Shown: positions 18,270 through 28,280 of the stretch, one piece after another
How positions within the stretch are numbered: the stretch's first letter is position 1
How the letters are laid out: each line of letters starts with the position of its first letter
From: Candidatus Bathyarchaeia archaeon
GTDB lineage: Archaea; Thermoproteota; Bathyarchaeia; Bathyarchaeales; DTEX01
Length of the DNA stretch: 64,000 nucleotides
Assembly: GCA_038868075.1 (NCBI GenBank)
Contig: JAWBXB010000003.1
Location: 47,156-111,155, forward strand
Direction of reading: 5' to 3'
Translations under genes and position numbers: made by a program
The notes under the pieces: generated by a model
The model's input: the letters and a program-made list of their open reading frames with translations, nothing else
The model's database searches: none
What the model was told of the DNA's origin: nothing

Positions 18270-19466
18270 TTAGGGTCCGACATGCCCTAGAACTGTTTGA
18301 ACTATCACGAATTTTAAGCCTGCATCATTCAATATTCTCTTGACTTTTAGCATCTCATTATAGCTTGGTCTCTTAATACCTCTTCTTCTGAATGTTGGGA
18401 AATAATCTAGGACGCACACTTGAACTTCCGGGTCCATTGAGGCTATCTTATTCCCTATGGCAGCTAGCTCCTCATATCTCATGAAATCCGAGTTATATGG
18501 TATCCCTATGCCAATATACACCCTATCCCTATAGTTGTCTATCAAGTATTTTGCAGCATTCCAACTAGTATTTAGATATCGCTCAGCAAGGTTTCTGTCT
18601 CTTATCCCACTTATATCCATGAAAGTCTCTAGACGTAAACCCTTCGGTTCAACACCTATATTGTTAACTCCAGCCTCAACTAGTTCATCAATGTATGATG
18701 GTGTTAGTAGCGTGCCGTTACTATCAAGATGTAATCTAGCCTTACTATCCGGGTTAAGTCTCCTAAGTTCCCTAAAATATTCTATTAGCCAGCGCTTGTT
18801 TAATGTTGGCTCGCCACCACTTATTGCCATGCCGTTAACGCCATAAATCCTCCTATAATAAGTTACTCTTTTAGCAGCCTCCTTAGGCGTTAAGGGTTCA
18901 GAAGAATTATCATATGTTATATTATAATTTTGGCAGCTCCTACATCGGAGGTTGCATCCAGCAGCCCATATCGCAACCTCAATGTATCTAGTGCCTTTCT
19001 CCTCAGTCCAAGGCGTGGCTTTCCCACCGACTGTATGTGGTTCAGGACCATGAATTATTCTTAGTGGAGTTAAACTGGCGGATGTCTCAATCCTCATGCT
19101 TTCTTTCACCCCAGTTATACATGACCTTATCGGCTCGCCATCAGCCATAACAATACATGACCAGCATCCACCCAAGTTACAGGGGGCCTGAATGTTCCCT
19201 TCGTCGGGAAATATTCCAATACTATATCCGCTGAGCTTCAGCGCCTCTTTTACACTTATTCTCTCTGGAACAGAATATTGAATGCCATCAATAGACACTT
19301 TAATTTGTCTTCTCTCGCTTTCATCTTCAATAATACTTTTAGCTTCATAGGGACATGTATAATAGCAGGATAGGCAACCGATACACTTAGCGTTTAGGCA
19401 TACATTAATGGTGCTACAAAAACCGCAATTCCTACATGAGTTGCTCCTAATTACTCTGAAGCGCAT
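18270..19466 (-). CDS. radical SAM enzyme with N-terminal 4Fe-4S ferredoxin-like and 2Fe-2S ferredoxin-like domains
   Basis: CNLRCRSC (CxxxCxxC, aa 171-178) with a GGEPTL motif. N-terminal CRNCGFC..C and CIGCLSCYYTCP, then IKVSIDG...APCNLGGCWSCIV..SC, which resembles NuoG-type Fer2 N-domains. Confidence 0.8.
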   Translation of the reverse strand: MRFRVIRSNSCRNCGFCSTINVCLNAKCIGCLSCYYTCPYEAKSIIEDESERRQIKVSIDGIQYSVPERISVKEALKLSGYSIGIFPDEGNIQAPCNLGGCWSCIVMADGEPIRSCITGVKESMRIETSASLTPLRIIHGPEPHTVGGKATPWTEEKGTRYIEVAIWAAGCNLRCRSCQNYNITYDNSSEPLTPKEAAKRVTYYRRIYGVNGMAISGGEPTLNKRWLIEYFRELRRLNPDSKARLHLDSNGTLLTPSYIDELVEAGVNNIGVEPKGLRLETFMDISGIRDRNLAERYLNTSWNAAKYLIDNYRDRVYIGIGIPYNSDFMRYEELAAIGNKIASMDPEVQVCVLDYFPTFRRRGIKRPSYNEMLKVKRILNDAGLKFVIVQTVLGHVGP

Positions 19467-19616
19467 AGCACGCCAATTAAAAATTAAGTTAATAACACTA
19501 ATAAGTATGTATTGCCCTACTAACCTAAGCTTAAGTGATGGAAACGCTTATTATCATTTTCGCGCTAGATGATTTTGAGAATTAATCTAGGTTTTATAGA
19601 GGAGAGCATATAGGTA

Positions 19617-22292
19617 GTGGGCATAGAGGGCTTAGATAAAATTTTTAATCCTAAGAGAATAGCGGTTATAGGTGCAAGTAACAGAGAGGGGTCAGTAGGC
19701 TTTAAATTATTTAATAATTTGATTAATGCTGGCTTTAAGGGCTTTATTTATCCAGTGAACCCCTTTAGCCAGAGCATACAGGGTGTAACAGCATACCCAA
19801 GCGTTAAAAAGATTCCCTGGAAGATTGATCTAGCTATAATTGCAACTCCAGCACATATTGTTCCACAAATAGTTGAAGAGTGTGGGGAAGTGGGTATAAG
19901 AGGAATAATAATAGTATCATCAGGCTTTAGGGAGACAGGAGATTCAGGAAAAAACTTGGAAGAGGAGATCTTAAGGCTGAAGCCCAAGTATGGATTAAGG
20001 ATTATAGGTCCGAATTGTCTTGGAATTATGCGTCCAAGCATAAGATTGAATGCCACATTCGCAAATAGAATGGCTAAACCAGGCAACATAGCTTTCATAT
20101 CCCAAAGTGGAGCATTATGTGCATCAGTTTTAGATTGGGCTGCTAACGCGAATATCGGTTTCAGCTCTGTTGTATCACTTGGCGGAATGATAGACGTTGA
20201 CTTCGCCGACCTAATAGATTATTTCGGAACCGACCCGGAGACAAGAAGTATAGTATTGTTTATTGAATTCATAAATGATCCTAGAAAATTTTTAAGCGCA
20301 TCAAGAAGATTTGCTAGCACAAAACCGATTATAGTTATTAAGGCCGGTAAGTCGCCTGAGGGAATAAGGGCTGCAGCATCGCACACTGGCGCTATTGCCG
20401 GTGAGGACTCATTATATGATGCTTTATTCTTGAGAGCGGGTATAATTCGGGTTGAAGAAATATCTGACCTATTCAATTGTTCGGAAATATTGGCTACGCA
20501 ACCACTACCCAAGGGGGCTAATCTGGCAATAATAACAAATGCTGGCGGACCGGGAGTCATGGCAACCGACGCCTTAATCTCTAGAGGTGGGAAATTAGCT
20601 ATTTTAAGTGAGGAAACGATTAGAGCTTTAGATAAAGTTTTACCATTTTATTGGAGCAAATCCAACCCAATAGATATATGTGAGGATGCCTCGGTCGAAA
20701 GATTTAGGAGAGTTATTGAGATATGTAAAAATGATCCAAACATAGATGGTTTCCTGATTATTTATACACCTATAGGCGCAGCGGATTCCTCTGAAACAGC
20801 TAAAGTGATAGTTGAAGCTTTCAGAAGCTCAGATAAACCAGTCCTCACATCATGGCTTGGTGGAGAAGAAGTTGAGGAGGCGCGTGAAATATTTAGGAGG
20901 AATAAAATTCCAACTTATTTAACGCCTGAAGAGGCTGCTGCCACATTTATGTACATCTATCAATATGCGAGGAATCTGGAGCTGTTATATGAGATGCCCG
21001 AGGAGATCAATATAGGTCAAGAAGTGAACAAATTACATCTTCGGAGAATAATTGAGTCCGCTATGAAAGAGGGAAGATCCATTCTCACAGAGGTTGAGTC
21101 AAAAGAGTTCCTTAAGGCATATGGTATATCGGTGACTGAAACATATATTGCCAAAAGTCCAAAAGAGGCTGCTATATTAGCGTCAAAAATAGGTTTTCCA
21201 GTAGTCATGAAGATATTATCGCCAGATATTACGCATAAAACAGACTTCGGCGGGGTAATCCTAAATATTCATGGTGAGCAACAAGCTGAATGGAGCTTTC
21301 GAAAGATTGAGGAGAATATTAAGCAGAGGAGCCCGAACGCTAGGATCTATGGCGTAACTGTGCAACCGATGATCTCAGATGGTTATGAGTTGATGATTGG
21401 AGCTAAAAAGGACCCGCAGTTCGGAGCCTTCATAATTTTTGGAGTTGGCGGAATTAACACCGAGATTTTTAGGGATTTTAAAGTTGGATTCCCGCCTTTA
21501 AATCAGACCTTAGCCAGAAGAATGATTGAACAAACAAATATTTACAGGATTCTTCGGGAGGGATTTAGAGGGATGCCGCCAGCCAACATTAGATTGATTG
21601 AGGAGACTCTCGTCAAATTCTCGCAGATAATAGTGGATTTCCCGCAGATTAAGGAATTCGATGTTAACCCTCTTATTGTAACAGATAATAATGTTAAAGC
21701 TGTAGACGCTAGGATAATTATTGATCTGGAGTGGGATAAAAGTGCACTTGAACCATATGGACATCTGATAGTAAAGCCTTATCCAAGCAAATACATTCAT
21801 AGAGAAGTTATGAAGGACGGAAATGAAGTTCTGCTTAGACCCATTAAGCCTGAAGATGAGAGGTTGGTAATCGAATTGTTCAAGACCTTCTCCCCTGAAA
21901 CCATGAGATTCAGATTCTTCAAAATAATTAAGGAGATAAATCATCATACTGTTGTCAGATACTGCAATATTGACTATAATAAGGAGATAAATATTGTTGC
22001 TGAGATAAATGAGGGGATCGGAAAACGGCTGATCGGCATGGCAACCCTAATTATTCAACCAGATGGAGAAAGCGGAGAAATATCCGTAGTTGTCGGCGAC
22101 CCATGGCAGAATAGAGGTTTAGGTAAAATATTGATGGATCACATTATAAGAATAAGTAAGGATATAAGATTAAAGAGAATATTCGGAGAATTCCTAGCGG
22201 AAAACACTAAGATAGCGCATATATGCAGGGAAAAAGGTTTTGAAATAAAGCCTATTGATGAAGAAACATGTATCGCAATACTAAACCTCTAG
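19617..22292 (+). CDS. Pat/YfiQ-like protein: ADP-forming acyl-CoA synthetase (alpha+beta) module fused to a C-terminal GNAT acetyltransferase
   Basis: 891 aa. CoA-binding N-terminus (IAVIGASNREGSVG), SHTGAIAG His loop, ATP-grasp region, then GNAT (LLRPIKPEDE...VVGDPWQNRGLGKILMDHII), roughly nt 21819-22292. Confidence 0.8.
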   Translation: MGIEGLDKIFNPKRIAVIGASNREGSVGFKLFNNLINAGFKGFIYPVNPFSQSIQGVTAYPSVKKIPWKIDLAIIATPAHIVPQIVEECGEVGIRGIIIVSSGFRETGDSGKNLEEEILRLKPKYGLRIIGPNCLGIMRPSIRLNATFANRMAKPGNIAFISQSGALCASVLDWAANANIGFSSVVSLGGMIDVDFADLIDYFGTDPETRSIVLFIEFINDPRKFLSASRRFASTKPIIVIKAGKSPEGIRAAASHTGAIAGEDSLYDALFLRAGIIRVEEISDLFNCSEILATQPLPKGANLAIITNAGGPGVMATDALISRGGKLAILSEETIRALDKVLPFYWSKSNPIDICEDASVERFRRVIEICKNDPNIDGFLIIYTPIGAADSSETAKVIVEAFRSSDKPVLTSWLGGEEVEEAREIFRRNKIPTYLTPEEAAATFMYIYQYARNLELLYEMPEEINIGQEVNKLHLRRIIESAMKEGRSILTEVESKEFLKAYGISVTETYIAKSPKEAAILASKIGFPVVMKILSPDITHKTDFGGVILNIHGEQQAEWSFRKIEENIKQRSPNARIYGVTVQPMISDGYELMIGAKKDPQFGAFIIFGVGGINTEIFRDFKVGFPPLNQTLARRMIEQTNIYRILREGFRGMPPANIRLIEETLVKFSQIIVDFPQIKEFDVNPLIVTDNNVKAVDARIIIDLEWDKSALEPYGHLIVKPYPSKYIHREVMKDGNEVLLRPIKPEDERLVIELFKTFSPETMRFRFFKIIKEINHHTVVRYCNIDYNKEINIVAEINEGIGKRLIGMATLIIQPDGESGEISVVVGDPWQNRGLGKILMDHIIRISKDIRLKRIFGEFLAENTKIAHICREKGFEIKPIDEETCIAILNL

Positions 22293-23068
22293 AATGAATT
22301 GGGGTTCCCAAAATATTTCTCCACGAATTTTCTCAAATCGGATATTGCCAAGCTCGATTTTAAAGGGCTCCTCCTTAGACATGAAGTATATAGTTCTTTA
22401 TCGAACCTGATGATTCCATCAATTTCAAGACCCATTTTGGCAGCCTCCTCCATTATTAATCCAATTGTTTCTTCAGTAACTTTATTTGCTATCACCCAGA
22501 ATTTTTTACCTAAATTTTTAGCTATATTTTTAAGCATTAAAGATAATTCTAAGGATTCTATCGTTGGGTCAATAACCGATATTATTCCATCCGAGACTTC
22601 TTCAAGTCTTCTGCCAACATGCTCGACCCCAGCATCCGTATCAACTAAAACAATTTCATCCCCTTCAAGATATAGATTACCCAGCAGGATTCTCGTAAGA
22701 ATGTTGAATGGACATGCGCATCCTTCACCGTACTCTCTAACCTTACCTATAATTATGAGACCTATCCCCTCATTTGAAATAGATAAATACTCTGGGGGTA
22801 AAAGGTTAAGCCTAATGCCTTCCTTAACCCTAGATAGGATTCTAGCAATATCTGGACTAATCTTCTCAAGCACTTCCTCATCTTTTTTACCGCCAACATA
22901 TTCAATAAGGGGTTTGGGAGGATCAACTCCTAAAAATGCCGGTAGCAGAACATTAGATTCATCTGAATCGATTATATAGACTCTATACTTTTCTGAGAGT
23001 AACCTAGCCATTAAAACCGTTAAAACAGTTTTACCTGTTCCACCCTTACCGCATACCATTACCTTCAT
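22289..23068 (-). CDS. cooC: CooC/AcsF-family Ni-insertion ATPase (paralog 3)
   Basis: MKVMVCGKGGTGKT P-loop, GEGCACPFN CxC motif and DTDAGVEH switch. Confidence 0.8.
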   Translation of the reverse strand: MKVMVCGKGGTGKTVLTVLMARLLSEKYRVYIIDSDESNVLLPAFLGVDPPKPLIEYVGGKKDEEVLEKISPDIARILSRVKEGIRLNLLPPEYLSISNEGIGLIIIGKVREYGEGCACPFNILTRILLGNLYLEGDEIVLVDTDAGVEHVGRRLEEVSDGIISVIDPTIESLELSLMLKNIAKNLGKKFWVIANKVTEETIGLIMEEAAKMGLEIDGIIRFDKELYTSCLRRSPLKSSLAISDLRKFVEKYFGNPNSF

Positions 23069-23102
23069 AACTAAAACCGATAATTACTACTCGATATTTC
23101 AA

Positions 23103-23339
23103 TTAAATCTTACTATGCTGAGATCTGGGAAGATGCATTTTACGCATCTCTCTTAGAATAACTGTAGAATTTAGGGCATCAATTGATAGGAGAATCATCC
23201 CCGCCAATAATTTTTCACCCAAATTAACGTCTAAAAGTTTTATGCATTCTTTATCCATTGAGATGAGAGCTACATTCCCAGCAACAAGCGTCCTATCACC
23301 AGTTTCCTCATCCTCAACATAAACTTTCAGCAAACACAT
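23103..23339 (-). CDS. cooT: CooT-family nickel-binding CODH accessory protein
   Basis: From the internal ATG the protein starts MCLLKVYVEDEE..., giving the Met-Cys N-terminus (Cys2 is the Ni ligand in characterised CooT). Small beta-rich protein immediately upstream of cooC paralog 3. Confidence 0.6.
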   Translation of the reverse strand: MCLLKVYVEDEETGDRTLVAGNVALISMDKECIKLLDVNLGEKLLAGMILLSIDALNSTVILREMRKMHLPRSQHSKI

Positions 23340-23482
23340 AAACTGCACCTCACCTATTATCCTCTTCATTATACCTTCACATATTACACATTTATAATTA
23401 TCAGCTTGACCTAATATTCGATTGTAAAAACAAGAGTAAGTTTATGAGAGCACCTCATAAGGTTTAATTAGTTGAGCTAAAA

Positions 23483-25069
23483 ATGAACGATGCTACAATA
23501 CACAGAGAGATCATAGAGTACTTAATGAGTATACCATCCCCTTCACCGAGAGATGTTCACTTAGCTAAAATTATTGTTGCCGAAAAATATGGTTTAAGCA
23601 CTATACCATCAAACTCTGAAATCATTAAATATCTAAGACCAGAGGAGAAAGATAAGCTCCTGAAAGTATTAAAGAGAAAGATTGTTCGTACAATTTCGGG
23701 TGTAACAATAATTGCTGTTATGACTAAACCATGGGCTTGTCCCAAAGAGGAGCCATGTGTATATTGTCCCGGGGGACCATCATATGGTGTCCCGCAAAGC
23801 TATACTGGGCTTGAGCCAGCTACCATGCGTGGACTACAACATAATTTTGACCCTTATAGGCAGGTTAAGCATAGAATTGAGCAGCTTGAGGCTATAGGAC
23901 ACATCGTTGATAAGGTTGAGTTAATAGTTATGGGTGGAACATTCTTAGCAATGCCAGTAGATTATCAGGAATACTTTATTAAGGAATGCTTAGACGCCAT
24001 AACTGGTATTTGCTCAAGCTCACTTGAGGAGGCTAAGAGAAATGCTGAAACAAGCGTGAGAAGAAATGTCGGAATAACCATTGAAACCCGTCCAGATTGG
24101 TGTAAAGAACCACATGTCGATAGAATGCTCTCTTATGGTACAACGCGTGTTGAGATAGGTGTACAAAACATTTATGATGACATATACACTTTAGTGAATA
24201 GGGGTCATACAGTTAAAGATGTTATTGAGGCAACTAGAATACTTAAGGATTCAGGTTTGAAAGTTGTCTATCATATGATGCCTGGACTTCCAGGATCAGA
24301 CTTTGACAGAGACCTAGAGGCATTTAAGAGAGTTTTCTCCGAACCAGAATTTAAGCCTGATATGCTCAAAATTTATCCATGTTTAGTAATTAAGGGAACA
24401 AAACTCTATGATTGGTGGGTTAGGGGCTTATATAAGCCCTATACAACCGAGGAAGCTGCTAAATTAATTGCTGAGATAAAAAAGATTATCCCGGAATGGG
24501 TTAGAATAATGCGCATCCAAAGGGATGTCCCAGCATACCTTATTGAGGCTGGCGTAAAAAATAGCAATTTACGCGAGATTGTTTTAAACATGCTTAAGGC
24601 TGATGGGAAGATGTGCAGATGCATACGGTGCCGTGAAGTTGGACATAGAGGGCTTAAAGATCATGTTAAGCCAGATCCAAACAACATTAGAATTTTAGTT
24701 AGGCGTTATGAGGCTTCAATGGGCGAGGAATTCTTCATATCAGTTGAGGACCCAGTAAATGATGTGCTAATAGGCTACTTGAGGCTGAGAATTCCTTCCA
24801 GTCTAGCCCATAGACCTGAAATATCTGGGAAGGAAGCTTCAATAATTAGAGAGTTGCGTGTTCTAGGAACACTGGTTCCTGTTGGTAAGCGTTTCGATGA
24901 AGGCTACCAGCATAAAGGTTATGGCGAACTCTTACTTGAAAAAGCTGAGGAGGTAAGCGTGGAACAGGGCTGCAAAAAGATTCTTGTTACAAGCGCTTTA
25001 GGAACGAAAAGATATTATATACGCTTCGGCTACACTTACGATGGACCATATATGAGTAAAAACCTATAA
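23483..25069 (+). CDS. elp3: Elp3-type tRNA U34 modification radical SAM/GNAT enzyme
   Basis: 528 aa with a CPKEEPCVYCPGG radical SAM region and a C-terminal GNAT (YQHKGYGELLLEKAE). Collinear with archaeal Elp3. Confidence 0.9.
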   Translation: MNDATIHREIIEYLMSIPSPSPRDVHLAKIIVAEKYGLSTIPSNSEIIKYLRPEEKDKLLKVLKRKIVRTISGVTIIAVMTKPWACPKEEPCVYCPGGPSYGVPQSYTGLEPATMRGLQHNFDPYRQVKHRIEQLEAIGHIVDKVELIVMGGTFLAMPVDYQEYFIKECLDAITGICSSSLEEAKRNAETSVRRNVGITIETRPDWCKEPHVDRMLSYGTTRVEIGVQNIYDDIYTLVNRGHTVKDVIEATRILKDSGLKVVYHMMPGLPGSDFDRDLEAFKRVFSEPEFKPDMLKIYPCLVIKGTKLYDWWVRGLYKPYTTEEAAKLIAEIKKIIPEWVRIMRIQRDVPAYLIEAGVKNSNLREIVLNMLKADGKMCRCIRCREVGHRGLKDHVKPDPNNIRILVRRYEASMGEEFFISVEDPVNDVLIGYLRLRIPSSLAHRPEISGKEASIIRELRVLGTLVPVGKRFDEGYQHKGYGELLLEKAEEVSVEQGCKKILVTSALGTKRYYIRFGYTYDGPYMSKNL

Positions 25070-25154
25070 AGGGAAATAAACTCAATGATTTAAAGAAGAC
25101 CCCCAAAGATTTGTAAGAGCAAATGATTTGACAGAAGTATAGGTGAATATTATC

Positions 25155-26909
25155 ATGAAGGTTACTGATAAATTTGAGAAGATAAGCGAGATCGCCCGTA
25201 GAAGGGGATTCTTTTGGCCATCCTATGAGATCTATGGCGGTGTAAGTGGTTTCATAAACTGGGGACCATTAGGCTCGGTTATGAAGCGTAAAATAGAAGA
25301 TAAGTTTAGAGATATATTTCTTAGGCGCTTAAACTTTTATGAGATTGAATCTCCAATAATTGCCCCCGAGCGAGTCTTTAAGGCTTCTGGACACCTGGAT
25401 CATTTTAAGGAGCCAATGGTTGAATGTATGAGATGTAGAAGAAAATTTAGGGCAGACCATCTTCTCCAAGAAACCGCGGGATTAAGCTCGCAGGAAACTG
25501 ACCGAATGGGACTACAGGAAATTAATAATGAGATTAGACAACGAAATATTAATTGTCCGGAGTGCGGCGGACAACTCTCCGAGCCCAAATACTTTTTGAC
25601 AATGTTTCAAACGAATATTGGGCCCTACTCTGAAAATATTGGTTATGGGCGTCCGGAGGCTGCGCAAGGGATCTTTGTTGAGTTTAAGCGTCTCTATGAG
25701 CAGGTTAGGGAGCGATTACCAGTAGGCTTCGCCCAGATAGGACATGCTTTAAGAAATGAGATATCGCCTAGACAGGGACCTATAAGGCTTAGGGAGTTCA
25801 CAATAATTGACCTAGAATTTTTCTTTGATCCTGAGAAACCGCAATGTCCATTTCTAGATGAGGTTGCTAACGAAAAGCTCAGGCTTGTTTTGGCTGAGAA
25901 TAGACTTAAAGGTGATGAGCGGGCTATTGAGTTGTCTGTTAGAGATATTGTAGATAAAGGTTATGTTAAGATTGAATGGCATGCCTATTTTATGGCTTTA
26001 GCAAAACGCTTTGTTGCAAGCTTAGGAATACCGGAGGATAAACAGCGTTTCATTGAAAAGCATCCTTGGGAAAGAGCCCATTATTCAGCCCAAGGCTTTG
26101 ACCAAGAAGTTTACCTTGACAGATGGGGTTGGGTTGAGGTCGCAGGCTTCAATTATAGAACAGACTACGATTTAAGAGGGCATATTATGGAGAGCGGTGT
26201 TGATATGAGAGTTTACAAGCTGACCGATGAAGAAAGAGTGCGATTTGATATTAAGATTAAACCTTTAATTCAAAATATAAATCGGACATTTGGTGAAAAA
26301 GCGCCGGAAGTCATAAGCGCTTTAAAAAATATCAATCCGGAAATCCTATCATCAGTCCTTAAAACACAGGGATTCTATCAGATAGGCAACTTTAAAATAA
26401 CCTCTGAACATATCGAGGTAACTTATACCGAGGTTAAGGAGAGAGGTAAGCATTTTATTCCACATGTAATTGAACCAAGCTTTGGCTCTGACCGCTTAGC
26501 TTATGCAACCCTTGAATATGCATATACAGTCAAAGATAATAGAGTCATTCTTAAATTACCTAGAGACATTGCACCAGTCCAATTAGCTGTTTTACCTTTG
26601 GTGAGCAAAAATGGCCTTCCGGAAAAGGCTAAAGAAGTTTACAAACTCCTTATAGATGAGGGTTACACGGTTGAATATGATGAGACTGGTTATATTGGCA
26701 AGCGTTATGCACGCTTTGATGAGATAGGAGTCCCGCTATGTATAACAATAGACTATCAAACTCTAGAAGATAATACTGTAACTATACGTGACAGGGACAC
26801 GTGGAGACAGGTTAGAGCTAACATAAAGGAGCTTCCATCCCTTCTCCATAACTACTTCCGATTCAAAATAAACTTTGAAGAAATAGGTTCCCCCATCGAG
26901 AAGAAATGA
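25155..26909 (+). CDS. glyS: glycyl-tRNA synthetase (archaeal/eukaryotic type)
   Basis: ARRRGFFWPSYEIYGGVSGFINWGPLG, class II motifs, and a C-terminal anticodon-binding domain. ATG 25155 is preferred over GTG 25143 (SD aggtga). Confidence 0.92.
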   Translation: MKVTDKFEKISEIARRRGFFWPSYEIYGGVSGFINWGPLGSVMKRKIEDKFRDIFLRRLNFYEIESPIIAPERVFKASGHLDHFKEPMVECMRCRRKFRADHLLQETAGLSSQETDRMGLQEINNEIRQRNINCPECGGQLSEPKYFLTMFQTNIGPYSENIGYGRPEAAQGIFVEFKRLYEQVRERLPVGFAQIGHALRNEISPRQGPIRLREFTIIDLEFFFDPEKPQCPFLDEVANEKLRLVLAENRLKGDERAIELSVRDIVDKGYVKIEWHAYFMALAKRFVASLGIPEDKQRFIEKHPWERAHYSAQGFDQEVYLDRWGWVEVAGFNYRTDYDLRGHIMESGVDMRVYKLTDEERVRFDIKIKPLIQNINRTFGEKAPEVISALKNINPEILSSVLKTQGFYQIGNFKITSEHIEVTYTEVKERGKHFIPHVIEPSFGSDRLAYATLEYAYTVKDNRVILKLPRDIAPVQLAVLPLVSKNGLPEKAKEVYKLLIDEGYTVEYDETGYIGKRYARFDEIGVPLCITIDYQTLEDNTVTIRDRDTWRQVRANIKELPSLLHNYFRFKINFEEIGSPIEKK

Positions 26910-27011
26910 AGAAATAAAATATATTTTTACAGTAGGTAGATTTTTAAATCTTCTCACCTTCTTATTTCTTGAGTAGAAAGCTGAAAGATATTTGCGGTCG
27001 GAGGATGCAAC

Positions 27012-27671
27012 TTGGTCTTTCCAATCGAAGCTGAACCACGTGCCAAAAGGAGAGCACTAAGTCTCTGTCAGGATCATCTGAGAAAAGTTATAGAGGTGGT
27101 ACGGAAGACCACACAGATAGTTGATGCGTTTGTTGCTAACGACCTAAATGCTGCTACACGCCTATACGAGGAGGTACAAAAGATCAGTGATGAGATTGCT
27201 GACTCCAAAAGAACGATTACACATGAATTGATCGAGATAGGGGCTATACTTATTAATCGTGATGATTTTTTGAGGTTCACATACGTAATAAGTGAAATAG
27301 CTGAGTTATGTAAGGGCATATCTTTTCGGATACTGGCTATAATTGAGCGGAAATGGGATGTGCCGCCGGATATTAAGGAGGGCATATCTGAACTATCCGA
27401 GGCGGTCTTCAATACTATGATGAAGCTCAGAGAGGCTGTGTTCGCATTAAATTATGGTTCACCGCAAATAGCTAATAGAGCGAAAGATGTCGAGGTATCT
27501 GAGAGGGAAGTTGATAACCTCTATAGAAAACTTGAATTAATGATTTTAGAGAGGAAAATGGATGTATCAAAGATGCTTCTTACAAGGGATATAATTCAAA
27601 TGCTTGAGGACACAGCTGATAAGATTGAGGATGCATCAGATGCGGCTAGAATATTGGTTCTAGCATTATGA
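27012..27671 (+). CDS. DUF47 / PhoU-like helical protein
   Basis: 219-aa all-helical protein resembling the TIGR00153/DUF47 family, with the terminal motif DTADKIEDASD. Confidence 0.55.
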   Translation: MVFPIEAEPRAKRRALSLCQDHLRKVIEVVRKTTQIVDAFVANDLNAATRLYEEVQKISDEIADSKRTITHELIEIGAILINRDDFLRFTYVISEIAELCKGISFRILAIIERKWDVPPDIKEGISELSEAVFNTMMKLREAVFALNYGSPQIANRAKDVEVSEREVDNLYRKLELMILERKMDVSKMLLTRDIIQMLEDTADKIEDASDAARILVLAL

Positions 27672-27690
27672 TTAGGAAAAGTGAAGAATA

Positions 27691-28257
27691 ATGGTGAGGA
27701 ATAAAGCTAGAATTAAAGCGGAGCTCATAGAGGACTTTCTAATAGTATGGAATCCCAAGGATGGATCAGAACTCTATAAAATGGGTTTTTACGGTAAGCC
27801 TTTAGGAATCCCTAAGCCAAAAAGCCCAGACTTCAACGTCCCGCTGATACTAGACTTAATGGAGGGATTATATCTATTAGAGAAAGGAACAATTATGGTA
27901 TTTGAGGGGAAAGAGGAGAAAAAGGTTAGCTCTAAAACGCTTAGAAGTAGAGCTAGAGAAATTTACGATAACTTCGACTTAAAATATGCTGTATATAAAG
28001 ATTTAAGAGAGCGAGGTCTAGTAGTGACCCCGGGCATAAAATTTGGATGCGACTTTGCAGTATATAGGCAGGGACCTGGGCTAGAACATGCTCCATATAT
28101 GGTTTCAGTTAAGAGTCGAAGGGATGAAATAACAGCCACAGAGATAGTTAAAGCTGGAAGACTAGCGACAACAGTTAGGAAAAGGTTTATTATAGCGGTT
28201 CCGGATCTTGAAAAAGACAAAGTAGAATACTTAATTTTTAAGTGGTTTAAGGCTTAG
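27691..28257 (+). CDS. endA: tRNA-splicing endonuclease
   Basis: YLLEKG..., VYKDLRERGLVVTPGIKFGCDFAVY, and the catalytic-region pattern HAPYMVSV...K. Confidence 0.85.
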   Translation: MVRNKARIKAELIEDFLIVWNPKDGSELYKMGFYGKPLGIPKPKSPDFNVPLILDLMEGLYLLEKGTIMVFEGKEEKKVSSKTLRSRAREIYDNFDLKYAVYKDLRERGLVVTPGIKFGCDFAVYRQGPGLEHAPYMVSVKSRRDEITATEIVKAGRLATTVRKRFIIAVPDLEKDKVEYLIFKWFKA

Positions 28258-28280
28258 CTGAATCGTTAATAAAAATATGT

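Noticed and set aside
22299-22979. 226-aa plus-strand ORF opposite cooC paralog 3
   Set aside because: The minus-strand frame has the P-loop, CxC and switch motifs. The plus-strand product is low-complexity and Ser/Leu/Ile-rich.
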